A stretch of 64,000 bases of DNA from an uncultured Nitrospiraceae bacterium (GCA_963846575.1 CAWJWJ010000002.1:1024001-1088000); one strand, 5' to 3'; numbered from the stretch's first letter, positions 10,490-20,573 are shown. Notes: generated by a model not told the origin, from the letters alone. Made by a program: numbers and translations.

Positions 10490-10966
10490 ATGGTGGTATC
10501 ACAGGGAGATGTCGTCTCGGTCGAATACACTATCCGGTTGTCGGACGACCGCGTCATCGAGACGACCGTGGGCGATTCACCTTTGACCTATACCCATGGT
10601 CACAATGAAATTTTGCGGGGGCTGGAGGCGGGCCTCGATGGGATGGCGATTGGCGCGTCTAAGAGCGTTACCGTTCAACCGGTGGACGCCTATGGGGAGA
10701 TCCATCAGGAAGGTTTCTTCGAGGTGCAGCGGAACCGGGTCCCGCAGGAGGCTCAACGCATAGGCGTGAAACTAGAAGCAACGGCGCCGGATGGTAGGAC
10801 GGTATTTCCGTATGTCGCTGAAATCAAACCGGAGGTCATCGTCCTGAATCTTAACCACCCGCTTGCCGGGCAAGTTTTGCGATTCGATGTCCGCATTGTG
10901 GACATCAGGCGGAGCGATCAGCAGCTTGTCACGGGAATCTCGGATGGGCGGCTGGAAGCGCGTTAA
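10490..10966 (+). CDS. slyD: FKBP-type peptidyl-prolyl isomerase (SlyD-like, no His-rich tail)
   Basis: VSVEYT, PLTYTHG, GLEAGL.GM, AYGE, LNHPLAGQ.L.F.V motifs. Confidence 0.85.
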   Translation: MVVSQGDVVSVEYTIRLSDDRVIETTVGDSPLTYTHGHNEILRGLEAGLDGMAIGASKSVTVQPVDAYGEIHQEGFFEVQRNRVPQEAQRIGVKLEATAPDGRTVFPYVAEIKPEVIVLNLNHPLAGQVLRFDVRIVDIRRSDQQLVTGISDGRLEAR

Positions 10967-11403
10967 CCCACCAGGTCCGGGTTCATCCTGGCCATCGATT
11001 GGACGGAAGTGGCCTTAATTTCATTGTAGACGATGGCACGACCGGCTTGACGCAAGCGGCTGAAGATTCCCTCCACTACGACATAGTCGCCTTCACGTAC
11101 GTCTGCTTTGCCAAGCCCCACAACCTTAACTGTTCCGGCGCTGTCCTGCAGCAGGAAACCGAAGGCGGGATGTCCGTCCCGATTGGTCGCGAGTTGAAAA
11201 CTCGTCACGCGCCCGCTCACCGTCACCGATTGATGATCATAATGGTCGGGATGGGCGAGGAGTTCCGTGACTTCCACCATTGCGGAGGCAGAAATGGGCA
11301 GGGGATGAAGCACCCATCCTACGAGGGCCCACATGCCGAGCACGAGCATGGTATGGACACATTTCGATTGAAGACTATCCTGGGCGGTGGTCCGCGACAT
11401 CAT
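10963..11403 (-). CDS. Membrane-anchored or secreted OB-fold hypothetical protein
   Basis: Hydrophobic N-terminal segment; ELLAHP..YD..SVTVSGRV...F.LQD..G.V.V...EGD.V.VEG pattern; start uncertain. Confidence 0.65.
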   Translation of the reverse strand: MMSRTTAQDSLQSKCVHTMLVLGMWALVGWVLHPLPISASAMVEVTELLAHPDHYDHQSVTVSGRVTSFQLATNRDGHPAFGFLLQDSAGTVKVVGLGKADVREGDYVVVEGIFSRLRQAGRAIVYNEIKATSVQSMARMNPDLVG

Positions 11404-11535
11404 CAACCAATTATACAAAATTCACCTCGAGCTGAGAAGGCAGTCCTGAAAAAAACCTCAGAAGCCGGATGGCTTCCACCATCGCGGGGCGGCGTCAACT
11501 CGCCAGCCCACAATGCTCACGAGGAAATTACCATG

Positions 11536-12705
11536 TCATCGCTGGAGATCGTTGTGCAGCTCGCCCATGAAGCTGTTCAGCACATGTTGTTTCATTTGAC
11601 CGACTTCCTCTTCGGTCGGCTGACCTGCTTGATCGGTGAGCTCTAACGCCTCTTTCGCCACCGGCGCAGTGCGACTCAGCAATACTTCTTCAAGCGCCTC
11701 AGGGCTCTGGTCGATTTCCGAGAGCGTCGCCATCAGTCGCTGCAAGCCGAAAAGCGACCGGGTATTCTCCGAGTGCACGGCATTGGAGCTGGCTCCGTGG
11801 ACCAGCGAGAGCCAGAATTTCGCTTCGAGATCCTCGCCCAGTGTTCCCCAGACAAATGCGCTGAGCTTTTCCAGCAGGGCCTGCTCGGTACGCTCTAACC
11901 CGTCGTAGAGTGCAACGGATCGTTCCACCGGACGTTCACTGAGGACAGCCAGTGTTTCCTTCCAAAGGTCGAGCGACGCAGTGGCGGGCAAGGTCTTTGT
12001 CGAATCGCGTTGCAGCGCGGTCTGGATGGATTGTAAATATTGGTGGAGATGTTTGACTTTTCGGCCGGCAAGACTCCCGGCGGGAATTCCCCAAATATGC
12101 CCTATTTCGTGATCCTGCAACGGGGCAGCGTTCAGTGACTTCCACTCCCGTTCAGAGAGCTCGAACCGCTTGCGGTACTTGTCGAGCAGGCGGAGTTGCG
12201 TTTGTATTTCGAGCCCCAGCCTGGCTTCCTGGTACGCCTCGGCAGAGATATCGTTTTCATCCCAGCGCCGATCGAGGAGTCGAATGGCCGGTTTGGGGAC
12301 GGCCGCGCGGGCCTGTTGCTTGATTATGTCGATGGCCTCCGGGGTGACCTTGTACCGCGATTGCAGAAGCGCTATCGCCGAACGAACCATCCCCTCGGCG
12401 AGGGCGGTCATGCCCTTCATACCTTCCATTTGAAGCCAGAGCCGTTCCCTCCGCAACCGGACTCGACGGCGATACTCGTCCCGGCGGCTGGTGACATCGC
12501 GCAAAGCATCCTGCTTTACCACCTGGTGCAGCGGCTTGGAGCCAGCGACACAACGAGGATCGGGACGGTCCGCTGCAATGTGAGTGATCTCTTCCGGAGT
12601 GATATCGAAATGCTGCAGCAACAGGAGCTTGAGCATGATCCGACCCTGGATAGCGGATTGTTCGATGGTCGTAGCGATGAGTTCCGGCGTGAGCAAAGCA
12701 GACAT
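11536..12705 (-). CDS. Hypothetical helical protein with possible sigma70 region 4-like HTH
   Basis: 389-aa ORF with GAGG RBS; EIGHIWGIPAGSLAGRK segment. Confidence 0.7.
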   Translation of the reverse strand: MSALLTPELIATTIEQSAIQGRIMLKLLLLQHFDITPEEITHIAADRPDPRCVAGSKPLHQVVKQDALRDVTSRRDEYRRRVRLRRERLWLQMEGMKGMTALAEGMVRSAIALLQSRYKVTPEAIDIIKQQARAAVPKPAIRLLDRRWDENDISAEAYQEARLGLEIQTQLRLLDKYRKRFELSEREWKSLNAAPLQDHEIGHIWGIPAGSLAGRKVKHLHQYLQSIQTALQRDSTKTLPATASLDLWKETLAVLSERPVERSVALYDGLERTEQALLEKLSAFVWGTLGEDLEAKFWLSLVHGASSNAVHSENTRSLFGLQRLMATLSEIDQSPEALEEVLLSRTAPVAKEALELTDQAGQPTEEEVGQMKQHVLNSFMGELHNDLQR

Positions 12706-12738
12706 GGTGTGGGACCTCGTGCGATGTAAAAGGTTCGC

Positions 12739-12951
12739 TTAGGCCGTGCCCTGATGGCTGTTCTCAAGGTAGACCGCGACATATTCCCGAATTTCCTGGA
12801 TGCTGCCGCTTATGAACATTTCTCGCGGAATCTCGACGCGCACCAATTTCGCAGGGTCGACCCCTCGATCGATTGCGTATTCTTCGTCGATGTACAGAGT
12901 CACCGAACCGTCGGGAAAGCGGATCGCATAGACCGCATTGTTTTCAGCCAT
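12739..12951 (-). CDS. Small hypothetical protein (70 aa)
   Basis: GGAG RBS, plausible composition, co-oriented with neighbours. Confidence 0.65.
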   Translation of the reverse strand: MAENNAVYAIRFPDGSVTLYIDEEYAIDRGVDPAKLVRVEIPREMFISGSIQEIREYVAVYLENSHQGTA

Positions 12952-13231
12952 GGGAGCTGCTCCGTCTGAGTTGTGGATGGTAGAGATAATAGAGGTAACA
13001 CAGGCTCAACCTGGCTGTCAAAATGAAGCCTGCGGCCCGCCGACGCTGGAGGCAGGAGCAAAATCAGAGAGCGCCGGCATGGCTCCTGGCAGGAAACATG
13101 CTGGCCAGACCTGCAGCGTGACGCGACTGAATGGGAGAGAAGCGAGCCTCACGGTCGCCCACGAGGTCGAACGCAACGCGGCCTCCGGTCTTGGACCGAA
13201 GGCCGCGGAATGACACCGGCTGAAATATCTT

Positions 13232-13939
13232 TTACCCACCCAGGGTGTCGAGGGCTTCCTTCAAACTCTTGCGGATACAGGTGAAAATGGGCGTATCACG
13301 CAAGGTATAGCGGCTGCCTTCAGTTTCGCGCAAGGCCATGACAAGGTCGAGGAAGTCTTCGGGCTTATCACTTTCGAACGCGACGACCCATTCCTGGTCG
13401 TCAAGACCAAAGGAGTACGTGGTATTGAGCTTGACCGAGGGGAATCGATGACCGACCTCGATGTGTTCGTCCATCATGCCCTGCCGCGCGGCCTTGGTGA
13501 GCAGGAACCATTCGCGGGTTTTGACGAACGGGTAGACAAAGATGTACTTGGCCTTGCCCGGGACCACGGTCAGCCGCTTACTTTCCTGATTTTCGTGCGT
13601 GTGGTGGTCGACGTAGATGGATCGTTTGGTGATGGCCAAGTAGGAATAGGGATTCATGATGTATTTCCCCAAACCGGAGGCCATGATTTTGGTGCTCATC
13701 TCCTGGAACAGTTCGAGTTCATAGCTGATACGCCAGAGCATGAGATCACAGTCGCCTCGAATACCGACTGTCGTATAGGCGATCACAAGGACCTTGCCCT
13801 GGTATTCTTCCACGGCCCGGAGGAATTCCTGTTTGCCGCGCGTGCGTTCATCTTCGGGGAGTCGCCGCCAAGCTGGATCGATCTTATAGAAGGTAAAATT
13901 GACGTATTGGCGGCGGGGTGGTTGTTCGGGGCTGGACAT
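13232..13939 (-). CDS. Chlorite dismutase-like heme protein, probably coproheme decarboxylase (ChdC/HemQ)
   Basis: YPFVK..EWFLL...R..MM.EH...G...NTTYSFGLDDQEWVVAFE; catalytic-type Tyr of YP retained; distal Arg of true Cld absent; GGAGG RBS. Confidence 0.85.
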   Translation of the reverse strand: MSSPEQPPRRQYVNFTFYKIDPAWRRLPEDERTRGKQEFLRAVEEYQGKVLVIAYTTVGIRGDCDLMLWRISYELELFQEMSTKIMASGLGKYIMNPYSYLAITKRSIYVDHHTHENQESKRLTVVPGKAKYIFVYPFVKTREWFLLTKAARQGMMDEHIEVGHRFPSVKLNTTYSFGLDDQEWVVAFESDKPEDFLDLVMALRETEGSRYTLRDTPIFTCIRKSLKEALDTLGG

Positions 13940-14045
13940 GACGAACCCTCCAGGCAAGTTCTTGATAATGTAAAAGAATAAGAGTTAGAGTGTTTAGCAT
14001 TTCATCTCGCGGGCTGTCAACAGAGCCGCAGTTGAGGACTGTGAA

Positions 14046-14696
14046 GTGATCGACCAAAACCAAGTTAACACCCGGGTCAGCATGAGGGGGCTCCGACGAT
14101 TGTCCGCCGGAGCATGCCTTCTATCCAGTCTGACGGTGCTGGTGAATGTCATGATGGGCGGGCCCTCGCACGCGATCGAGATCCAGCCGACCGCTGAACA
14201 AATTCAGGCTACTGTCGAGCGAGGAAAGGCGACGGCCCAACAGCGCTTGTCTCCGGATCAGCTTCATACCGCGTTTGGCTCTAAGGAAGACCTCGCGCCC
14301 CATGGGTTCATTATGACCAAGCTGGGGAGTCTCCTTGTCATGGCTAATCATCTGGCTTTGCGGAAGCTCTCGCCGACCGACCAGGACATTACCCAAGTCA
14401 TGGCCAACGAGCTTCTTCTGGTGAATGTCGTGATCTTTGGTGACCGGGTGAATTTCGCCGCCGATAGTTATGTGGTTATGGAGCAGGCCGGCAGGACGGT
14501 GAAACCCGCGACGGTGCGGTTCGATGCGCGGGGTGATCGGACGGCACTCTGGCCGCAGCAGCCGGCCTACCGGGCCAAAGTCATCGCGCAATTTCCCTAT
14601 GCCGAGCTTGACCCGCGAGCGCCGACTACCCTGACCGTTTTTCCTTCCACGGGGGGACAGGTCACCTTCCATCTCGACTTCGCTCATATCGAATGA
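14046..14696 (+). CDS. Exported hypothetical protein
   Basis: 216-aa ORF with signal-peptide-like segment ending SHA; start uncertain. Confidence 0.65.
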   Translation: MIDQNQVNTRVSMRGLRRLSAGACLLSSLTVLVNVMMGGPSHAIEIQPTAEQIQATVERGKATAQQRLSPDQLHTAFGSKEDLAPHGFIMTKLGSLLVMANHLALRKLSPTDQDITQVMANELLLVNVVIFGDRVNFAADSYVVMEQAGRTVKPATVRFDARGDRTALWPQQPAYRAKVIAQFPYAELDPRAPTTLTVFPSTGGQVTFHLDFAHIE

Positions 14697-14751
14697 CCGC
14701 GCCTGTCCTACTCCGGTCCCAGCTAGAAATGTTGAAAAGGTTTCGACCTTC

Positions 14752-16041
14752 ATGAGCCAGCCGGGAATCTGGGCCGCTGAAACCATTGCCATCGGATCGG
14801 AGCTTCTGCTCGGTGGCCGTCTCGACACCAATTCATTTTTCATCGCCGAACAATTGGCGGCCTATGGCATAGAACTCCGGTACAAGACCGTGGTGGGTGA
14901 CCATCTGCCTGACATCGTGACGGCGTTGAGAGCCGCAGTGCGACGATCCCGTGTGGTGATGATCACGGGCGGGCTGGGCCCGACAGTGGATGACCTCACG
15001 CGCCAAGCCGTCGCGCGAGCCACCGGGCGCAGACTGGTTCGCCGCAAGGCGGCGCTGGACGAAATGGTGGCGCGCTTGGCCGAGTGGGGGCGTACTCCCA
15101 ACAAGTCGCAGTTCCGGCAAGCCATGATTCCCTCCGGCGCGGATGTGTTGTCGAACCCGGTGGGCACGGCCCCCGGATTTGCGCTCACTTGGAAAGGATC
15201 GTTTCTCGCGGCCTTGCCGGGTGTACCGCGTGAAATGGAGCCGATGGTCAGACAGTCAGTAGTGCCAGGGTTGCAGGCATGGCTGCAGGCACAGAAGGCC
15301 GGAAGTAGGATGCCCATGATCCGGCGGGTGCTCCACACCTCCGGTGTGCCGGAGTCCATCGTGGATCAGCGCCTTGTCGGGCTCCTTCCAGAAAATAGTC
15401 CGATTCAACTCGGCATCTACGCCTCTCCAATAGAGATTATGGTTTCGTTAACCGGACCCGCGGGAATCAATGGGCCGGCGGTCGAGGGTATCGACCAGTT
15501 GTTCAATGAAGCACGGACACGCCTGCGCGACATTCTATATGGAGAAGGAGACGATACGATGGAGTCGGTGGTCGGCCGGCTGCTCGGCCAACAAAAACTG
15601 ACCCTCGCCGTGGCCGAATCCTGCACCGGTGGATTGATTGGCCACCGGTTAACACAGGTCCCCGGCTCGTCAGCCTATCTGGATCGGGTGGCGGTCACCT
15701 ATAGCAATCGCGCGAAGATTGAGATGCTAGGAGTGCCATCGCCCATTATCGATCGGTATGGAGCAGTCAGTGCAGAGGTTGCCGCAGCGATGGCCCGCGG
15801 TATCCGTGAACGAAGCGGGGCTTCCATCGGGTTGAGCGTCACAGGTATCGCCGGCCCAGGCGGCGCGACCGACACCAAACCTGTGGGGTTGGTGTATGTA
15901 GGCCTGGACGGTGGCCCGAAGGACGCGTGTACGAAGGAGTTCCGTTTTCATGGCGGAGATCGCAATGTTATCAAGCAAAAATCTTCCCAAGCTGCCCTCG
16001 ATCTGCTCCGCCGCTGGTTGACTCAAAGAGCTCAGGAATGA
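14752..16041 (+). CDS. cinA: Competence/damage-inducible protein CinA (MoCF domain + NMN deamidase)
   Basis: IGSELL.G..DTN, GGLGPT.DD, LPGVPREM, AESCTGG, TGIAGP.G. Confidence 0.95.
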   Translation: MSQPGIWAAETIAIGSELLLGGRLDTNSFFIAEQLAAYGIELRYKTVVGDHLPDIVTALRAAVRRSRVVMITGGLGPTVDDLTRQAVARATGRRLVRRKAALDEMVARLAEWGRTPNKSQFRQAMIPSGADVLSNPVGTAPGFALTWKGSFLAALPGVPREMEPMVRQSVVPGLQAWLQAQKAGSRMPMIRRVLHTSGVPESIVDQRLVGLLPENSPIQLGIYASPIEIMVSLTGPAGINGPAVEGIDQLFNEARTRLRDILYGEGDDTMESVVGRLLGQQKLTLAVAESCTGGLIGHRLTQVPGSSAYLDRVAVTYSNRAKIEMLGVPSPIIDRYGAVSAEVAAAMARGIRERSGASIGLSVTGIAGPGGATDTKPVGLVYVGLDGGPKDACTKEFRFHGGDRNVIKQKSSQAALDLLRRWLTQRAQE

Positions 16042-16649
16042 TCCGCGCGTTTCTCGCAATCCAATTGTCCTCGGATTTGCGGGATGCTTTGGCCACGATT
16101 CAAGATGAAGTCAAACGGAGACTCGAGCCGGGGTGTGGTCGCCAGGTGAAGATCAATTGGGTTCGGCCTTCCTCAGCCCACCTCACCCTTAAATTCCTTG
16201 GCGACATTCCTCATGAATCGGTCGAACCCCTCCGTGCCATGATTGAGCAGGCTGTGGCTGGGCACCGGACCCTATCGATTCCCTGCACGCGGATCGGTGT
16301 CTTTCCGCGCCCGCAGCAACCGCGCGTGTTGTGGGTCGGACCGTCCGAGAGCTGGGAACAAGGTCAGGAGGGACAACGGCTCCTGTCCTTGCATTGCGCG
16401 ATTGAGGATAGTTGCGAGGCAGCGGGCTTCCAGTCGGAGGGGCGCCTGTTCACTGCCCACGTGACTCTTGCGCGAATCAAAGAAGGCGAGCGACAGGTCG
16501 GGCAGGCTTTGCTTCAGAGCGGCTTGCTGGATCGACCGACGGCAGCCAGCCTGCTTTCGGTATCCACGATTGTGCTGGTTAAAAGCGAACTCCGCCCGAC
16601 CGGGTCGGTCTATACGAATCTCTGGGAAGTCCGGATCGGCGACGCTTGA
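16038..16649 (+). CDS. thpR: RNA 2',3'-cyclic phosphodiesterase (2H phosphoesterase)
   Basis: Two HxT motifs (HLTLKFLG, HVTLAR); ATGA overlap with cinA stop. Confidence 0.92.
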   Translation: MIRAFLAIQLSSDLRDALATIQDEVKRRLEPGCGRQVKINWVRPSSAHLTLKFLGDIPHESVEPLRAMIEQAVAGHRTLSIPCTRIGVFPRPQQPRVLWVGPSESWEQGQEGQRLLSLHCAIEDSCEAAGFQSEGRLFTAHVTLARIKEGERQVGQALLQSGLLDRPTAASLLSVSTIVLVKSELRPTGSVYTNLWEVRIGDA

Positions 16650-16865
16650 CCTGGGTCGGCTCAAGGTTTCCAGACGTAGGGACCAGGACTTTGTAAGGGA
16701 CAATGGGAGGTACAGGTACTAGAGGGGCGCGCGGGCGCGGGCTGTACGACACACCCTGACAATACACAGGCAAAGCGCACCCGAATGAGGACATTCCTGC
16801 GGCAAGGCGTCCGGGAACTGCCTCCGTATCGTCAGTGCGACATGAATCAATTCCATGTGTTCACC

Positions 16866-17120
16866 TTACCGCCCGGCCACACACTCCTGACTGGTCTCCA
16901 AATCGGCGAGTTCAGCAGCATCCTTCTGTTCCAGAGCCAGTTGGATTCCTGCATAGACCCTGGCCGCGGCGACGGACCAAGTGGGATTGAACGGCTCCCC
17001 TCGGAATGCCGCTTCGGCAGCCTTCCTCTCATCGTGAGTCAAGGCGCGTGGGCGTTCTGTTGGGAGGTCTTTCGCCGTGACCTCTTCGCTGATTTCATTG
17101 GCCCGTAATTCCTGTTCCAT
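16866..17120 (-). CDS. Small hypothetical protein (84 aa)
   Basis: Strong AAGGAG RBS 7 nt before ATG. Confidence 0.65.
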   Translation of the reverse strand: MEQELRANEISEEVTAKDLPTERPRALTHDERKAAEAAFRGEPFNPTWSVAAARVYAGIQLALEQKDAAELADLETSQECVAGR

Positions 17121-17513
17121 GAGGTATCTCCTTATGACTCGTCATCGTCCGCCTGGCGGATGATGCGGGTCATGTCAAGCCGAGGTTGACACTGGTTCGA
17201 GTCTCGTTCGCTCATGTCAGCATACCGCACGTTATGCGAATTGGGACAGTGCCAGGCTGTTATTCATCACATTGCCCGTCTCTCATGTTCCATTTTCCTA
17301 CACGTAACGGCCCGAGTGGTCTCGAAAAGCCCCTAGGGTGGCGGTAATTTGACCCTGGTGGTCCTTTTCAGTCCGCTAGGGTCCCGTTCACGTGACAACT
17401 ATCTGGAATTCCATCAATACAGGGCATTTGACCCGTCCGCACGCTTTCCGAAGCTGTGATGGCGATGTGGGGGAAGCCCACACTCGGGTCAAAAAGGAAT
17501 GATCGATTCCCCA

Positions 17514-18902
17514 TCAACCCGGGGTGTCTGCCGCCGGGGCGGGACCGGCGGGCTTTTCGTCTTTTCGGATGGTGCTCCTGAGAAGCACCCACCCCCCAAC
17601 TCCGGCCACAAGGGATGCCAGCAAGATGCTGATTTTGGCTAGCTCTAAGATCGCTCCTTCACCGAATGCCAAGTTCGCGATGAAGAGCGACATGGTGAAC
17701 CCCACGCCGGCCAGCATGGAGACGCCGAGGATGTGGCGCCACGACGTGTTGTCGGGCAGATCCGCGATGCCTAAGCGGACGCAGATCCATAGAGCGAGCA
17801 TGATGCCCGTCGGCTTCCCGATCAACAACCCCGCCAGGATGCCGAGAGAGGCTGCTTCCTGAAACAATGTCATCGGGTCGACGTGCAGCAGGACGCCAGC
17901 GTTAGCCAAGGCGAAGAGCGGCATGACGCCGAGTGACACCCAAGGTTGAAGCGCATGTTCCAGTCGCTGAAGAGGGGTTTGCGCGAGCGCGGTGGAGACT
18001 TCGAGCGCTTGTGAGGCGTCCGCTTTTTTTGGATCGGCGAGCACCCCGTCGCCCTCCGGATTCGACTGTCTCAGAGTGTCGAGAAAGTGTTGTCCTTTTT
18101 CGATCAGCTCCGAAGGGGTCAGCCGCGCCCGCGCCGGAATCGTCATGGCCGCCACGACACCGGCTACGGTCGCATGTACGCCGGAGAGAAGAAAGGCCAG
18201 CCAGAGGCCGCCAATGCCCAAAACCGAGTACACCAACGGGTGCCGGACGCCGGCAATATTTGCTCCCACCAGGGCGGCCAGGAAGCCCAGACCGACGGTC
18301 AAGCTCGTCAGTGAAATATCGGACGTATAGAACAATGCAATGACGAGCACGGCCCCAAGATCATCGGCGATAGCGAGACTGATCAGAAAAATCTTCAACG
18401 ACCAAGGTACTCGCTTGCCGAGCAGTGCCAGGATACCGACGGCGAATGCAATGTCGGTCGCCATTGGAATACCCCAGCCGGGCTGGGCGGCGCTGTTCCA
18501 ACTAAAGAAGAGGTAACAGGCCGCGGGGGCGACCATCCCCCCGACAGCTCCTGCGATGGGCAGAATCGCCTGCCGTGGCTTGGCCAATTCTCCGACGAGA
18601 AGTTCCCGTTTGATTTCCAGTCCGACCACGAAAAAGAACATGGCCATGAGCCCGTCGTTGATCCACAGCCGCATTGGTTTCGCGAGAATGAAGTCTCCGA
18701 TGCCGATGCTGACGGGAATCTGCCAGAGTTCGTGATAGGACTTGCTCCATGGGGAGTTCATCCATGCGAGGGCCACCACCGTAGAGAGCAGTAGAACGAT
18801 CCCACCCGCCGCTTCATTGTGAATGAAGGTCCGGATGGGTTCCAACGCCTTCTGGATTGGAGGGTTGATCTCGGAGCTGCTGGCATGCCTGAGCGAATCC
18901 AT
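17514..18902 (-). CDS. nhaA: Na+/H+ antiporter NhaA
   Basis: WINDGLM..FF..VGLEIKRE, GWGIPMATDIAF, LAIADDLGA, GVGFTMSLFI motifs. Confidence 0.96.
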   Translation of the reverse strand: MDSLRHASSSEINPPIQKALEPIRTFIHNEAAGGIVLLLSTVVALAWMNSPWSKSYHELWQIPVSIGIGDFILAKPMRLWINDGLMAMFFFVVGLEIKRELLVGELAKPRQAILPIAGAVGGMVAPAACYLFFSWNSAAQPGWGIPMATDIAFAVGILALLGKRVPWSLKIFLISLAIADDLGAVLVIALFYTSDISLTSLTVGLGFLAALVGANIAGVRHPLVYSVLGIGGLWLAFLLSGVHATVAGVVAAMTIPARARLTPSELIEKGQHFLDTLRQSNPEGDGVLADPKKADASQALEVSTALAQTPLQRLEHALQPWVSLGVMPLFALANAGVLLHVDPMTLFQEAASLGILAGLLIGKPTGIMLALWICVRLGIADLPDNTSWRHILGVSMLAGVGFTMSLFIANLAFGEGAILELAKISILLASLVAGVGGWVLLRSTIRKDEKPAGPAPAADTPG

Positions 18903-19622
18903 ATCTCCTCAAAATGTACTGCTGACAGACCGAGACGTTCGGACCGACTGGTTCTCACGACGGGGCATGCTCGATGAGCCCGGGCCGATGTTCGTCGGCG
19001 AGTGGATCACAGGATGCGGACGGGGAGAGGGAAATCCATGAAAGCCGTCCACAATCCTCGTACTAGTAGATAGGCACAACTGCCTGCTGGATGCCTCGAT
19101 CACAGGTCGAGCCGAAGCTGTCCTATAACAGAGCGGAATCCGGGAGGACCAGGAACCCGCCAGGCATGTGAAACACCCTGACATATATTGCGGGACTCTC
19201 CCGCGCGGTCGCTACCAATGTGGGCTGCTCGCGGTGGTTTCCTGAGTAGACTCTGAGGTATCGGGCCTCTTTTGGTTCACCCACGGGCCGTTAGGGCAGT
19301 CGCGATCAAGGCGAGATATCCCATCATGTATCGATTCGAGAGCATGAGGGACGCGCTCCGGATGGTAGATGTGAAGTCGTCCAGAGACCGGCACTTATCC
19401 GGCTTCCTCAGAGACCTGCTGGTCATCGTGACGGGTCGTTTCCCTTGAATACTCTTCGTTCGCAGGCGCATCCTTGAAGGTCCGGACGCTCGCAGACAGC
19501 AGGGGATGCCCTGTCCGGCCACTTCAAGAATGCCCCTCTGCGACTCCATCCCAGGAATTCTGTGCTTCCCTCGCGGGACCACCCTCACAGGGTCCCTCTC
19601 CCGTTCACGATTAACAACGAGA

Positions 19623-20573
19623 TTATCTGTCCTGCTCGGCCCGCGAGACATCGATGACAGTATTGTTCGTATCGATCAACAGCGTTAAACTTTCGCCCTT
19701 TTTAAAGGCGCTCAGCCGATCCTCGACAAAGGGACGCACGGGATAAGTCCACTTGGTGCCTGCCGAAGTCTCGATCGTGATCTTGCCCTCCTCCAAAGGA
19801 TCGAAGACCATGCCATTGATCCTGGTATGGGGAGATTTGGGATTGGACATGCGTTGATACTCGTGCGTCGCCTGATCTACCGCTGCCTCGCTTCCAAACG
19901 TGACATCTACGATTTTTCCGGTCTCATCCGCCAGAAACACGGCATCCACTCCCACCGGCATTGAAGCCATTTTGCTACGCGCGAGGGGGCGCAATGAATA
20001 GTTCACCGTTTCTCCAGCCTTGGTCTTGATGACGACGTGTTCTTGCCCGACGGGCATCTGTTGGTCGATGACCCCGCGAATCACCTGATGATGTCCTTCA
20101 ATATGTCCGAGTGGGTGGAAGTCCACGAGCACATGTTGCGCATTAAACACCATCTTGATCTTGTCTCCCGCCTTGATCTCCAAGCCTTTTTCCTTCGCCT
20201 GCTCAAGAGGCAGGAATCGCGGCTGCAAGGAGTCAGGATAATCCACCTTGATCTGATCGCCCTTGATCGATTCCACGGTTCCGATAACTACCCGGCTGCC
20301 GGACAGGAGCTGCTGTCCTTCCGATTCCATAACAGGCCGGTACTGCCGGTCGGTCGAAGATACCGTGGCTAATTTTCCCACTTGCGCCTTGTCATAGGCT
20401 CGTCCATCAGCCTGCTGCCGAGAACCGCCTTGTGAAGCGGTACAGGCAGCCGTCAACGTCACGAGGAACCCCAGGCACAGGATCATCACGCGGCCTCGCG
20501 GGTTTGTTACCTCTCCATTACCAAACCAGTGACGCTCGTCGATCGCTCCTTTTGCAGGTCCCTTCCTGGTCAT
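19623..20573 (-). CDS. Putative lipoprotein with three tandem OB-like repeats
   Basis: Lipobox-like LTAAC; three ~60-aa repeats ending LVDF/IVDV/VIDV; AAGGAGGAG RBS before ATG 20573. Confidence 0.7.
   Translation of the reverse strand: MTRKGPAKGAIDERHWFGNGEVTNPRGRVMILCLGFLVTLTAACTASQGGSRQQADGRAYDKAQVGKLATVSSTDRQYRPVMESEGQQLLSGSRVVIGTVESIKGDQIKVDYPDSLQPRFLPLEQAKEKGLEIKAGDKIKMVFNAQHVLVDFHPLGHIEGHHQVIRGVIDQQMPVGQEHVVIKTKAGETVNYSLRPLARSKMASMPVGVDAVFLADETGKIVDVTFGSEAAVDQATHEYQRMSNPKSPHTRINGMVFDPLEEGKITIETSAGTKWTYPVRPFVEDRLSAFKKGESLTLLIDTNNTVIDVSRAEQDR

Noticed and set aside
18903..19200. Possible nhaA-I/II (Li+/Na+) riboswitch upstream of nhaA
   Set aside because: Only a vague CAGTCGGTCCG resemblance; I could not match the conserved core by eye. 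An Rfam scan would settle it.
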